The notes beneath the pieces were generated by a model, which ran no database searches, was not told the DNA's origin, and saw nothing but the letters and a program-made list of their open reading frames with translations. Positions 50,114 through 50,499 of a stretch of 50,499 nucleotides of DNA are shown here, piece after piece. How positions within the stretch are numbered: position 1 is the stretch's first letter; every line of letters starts with the position of its first letter. The translations under genes and the position numbers were made by a program. Origin of the DNA: Psammoneis japonica (Eukaryota). Where the stretch lies: assembly GCA_008632985.1 (NCBI GenBank), contig QPGO01000344.1, positions 1 through 50,499 on the forward strand, read 5' to 3'.

Positions 50114-50499
50114 GGCCTGTTCCAGCTCCAGGTGCTCCGCGTGGGTTCGATTCCCATCATTGGCCCATTTTTAGGTTTAGCGCAAACAACTTTTTCAAAA
50201 TCCGTTTTTTGCCAAATCGAAGGGCAAGTGTACACTTTACATGTGTTTTCGGGTGCACACTCACCTTTTGATTTTTGAAATGATCAAAAATGAAGGAGTT
50301 GATTGTGCCAAATGTGATTTTCGGCTGGTGTCCCATTCTACGTGAAAAATGCTCGTGATCACTCACTTTTTCATTTTTCGGAGCTCGTGTGTTTGGTCTT
50401 CTTCAACTCAACTGACGTCCGAACATGCCTCATTTCTGCAGACACAAACAGTTAATTTGATTGAGCGCGCCAAAAAAATGTGTCCTCTCGACTTGCCAT

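Noticed and set aside
1..50499. Hundreds of overlapping Cys/His-rich ORFs as novel or metal-binding proteins
   Set aside because: They are alternative or antisense frames of TE sequence, lengthened by loss of TAA/TAG. The Cys/His excess comes from Tyr and Arg conversion.
1..50499. Classical RIP or CpG deamination as the full explanation
   Set aside because: RIP creates TpA, and CpG decay cannot turn Tyr codons into Cys or His. CpG decay is present but secondary.

Overview
This window is a eukaryotic transposon graveyard with no recognisable host gene. The element families (CoDi-like Ty1/copia, Ty3/gypsy, an RNase H-bearing LINE, a Crypton-like tyrosine recombinase) suggest a diatom or other stramenopile, which is an inference. 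It holds a scrambled cluster of one copia family (family A, 1-13.8 kb, plus a diverged copy at 25.9-33.4 kb), a second copia element with both LTRs (34.9-40.9 kb), four gypsy lineages, a 5'-truncated LINE, a MITE and a 446-bp TRIM with a tRNA-like core, all nested. The most striking signal is mutational. Across unrelated element families nearly every TpA has become TpG or CpA, the reverse of fungal RIP (CpA->TpA). This removes Tyr codons (YxDD becomes HVDD or CMDD) and TAA/TAG stops, while a few islands stay unconverted. It points to a possible repeat-directed TpA hypermutation or base-modification system, though a base-calling artefact at modified bases must be excluded. Counts and alignments were done by eye, and boundaries without a TSD or LTR anchor are approximate.
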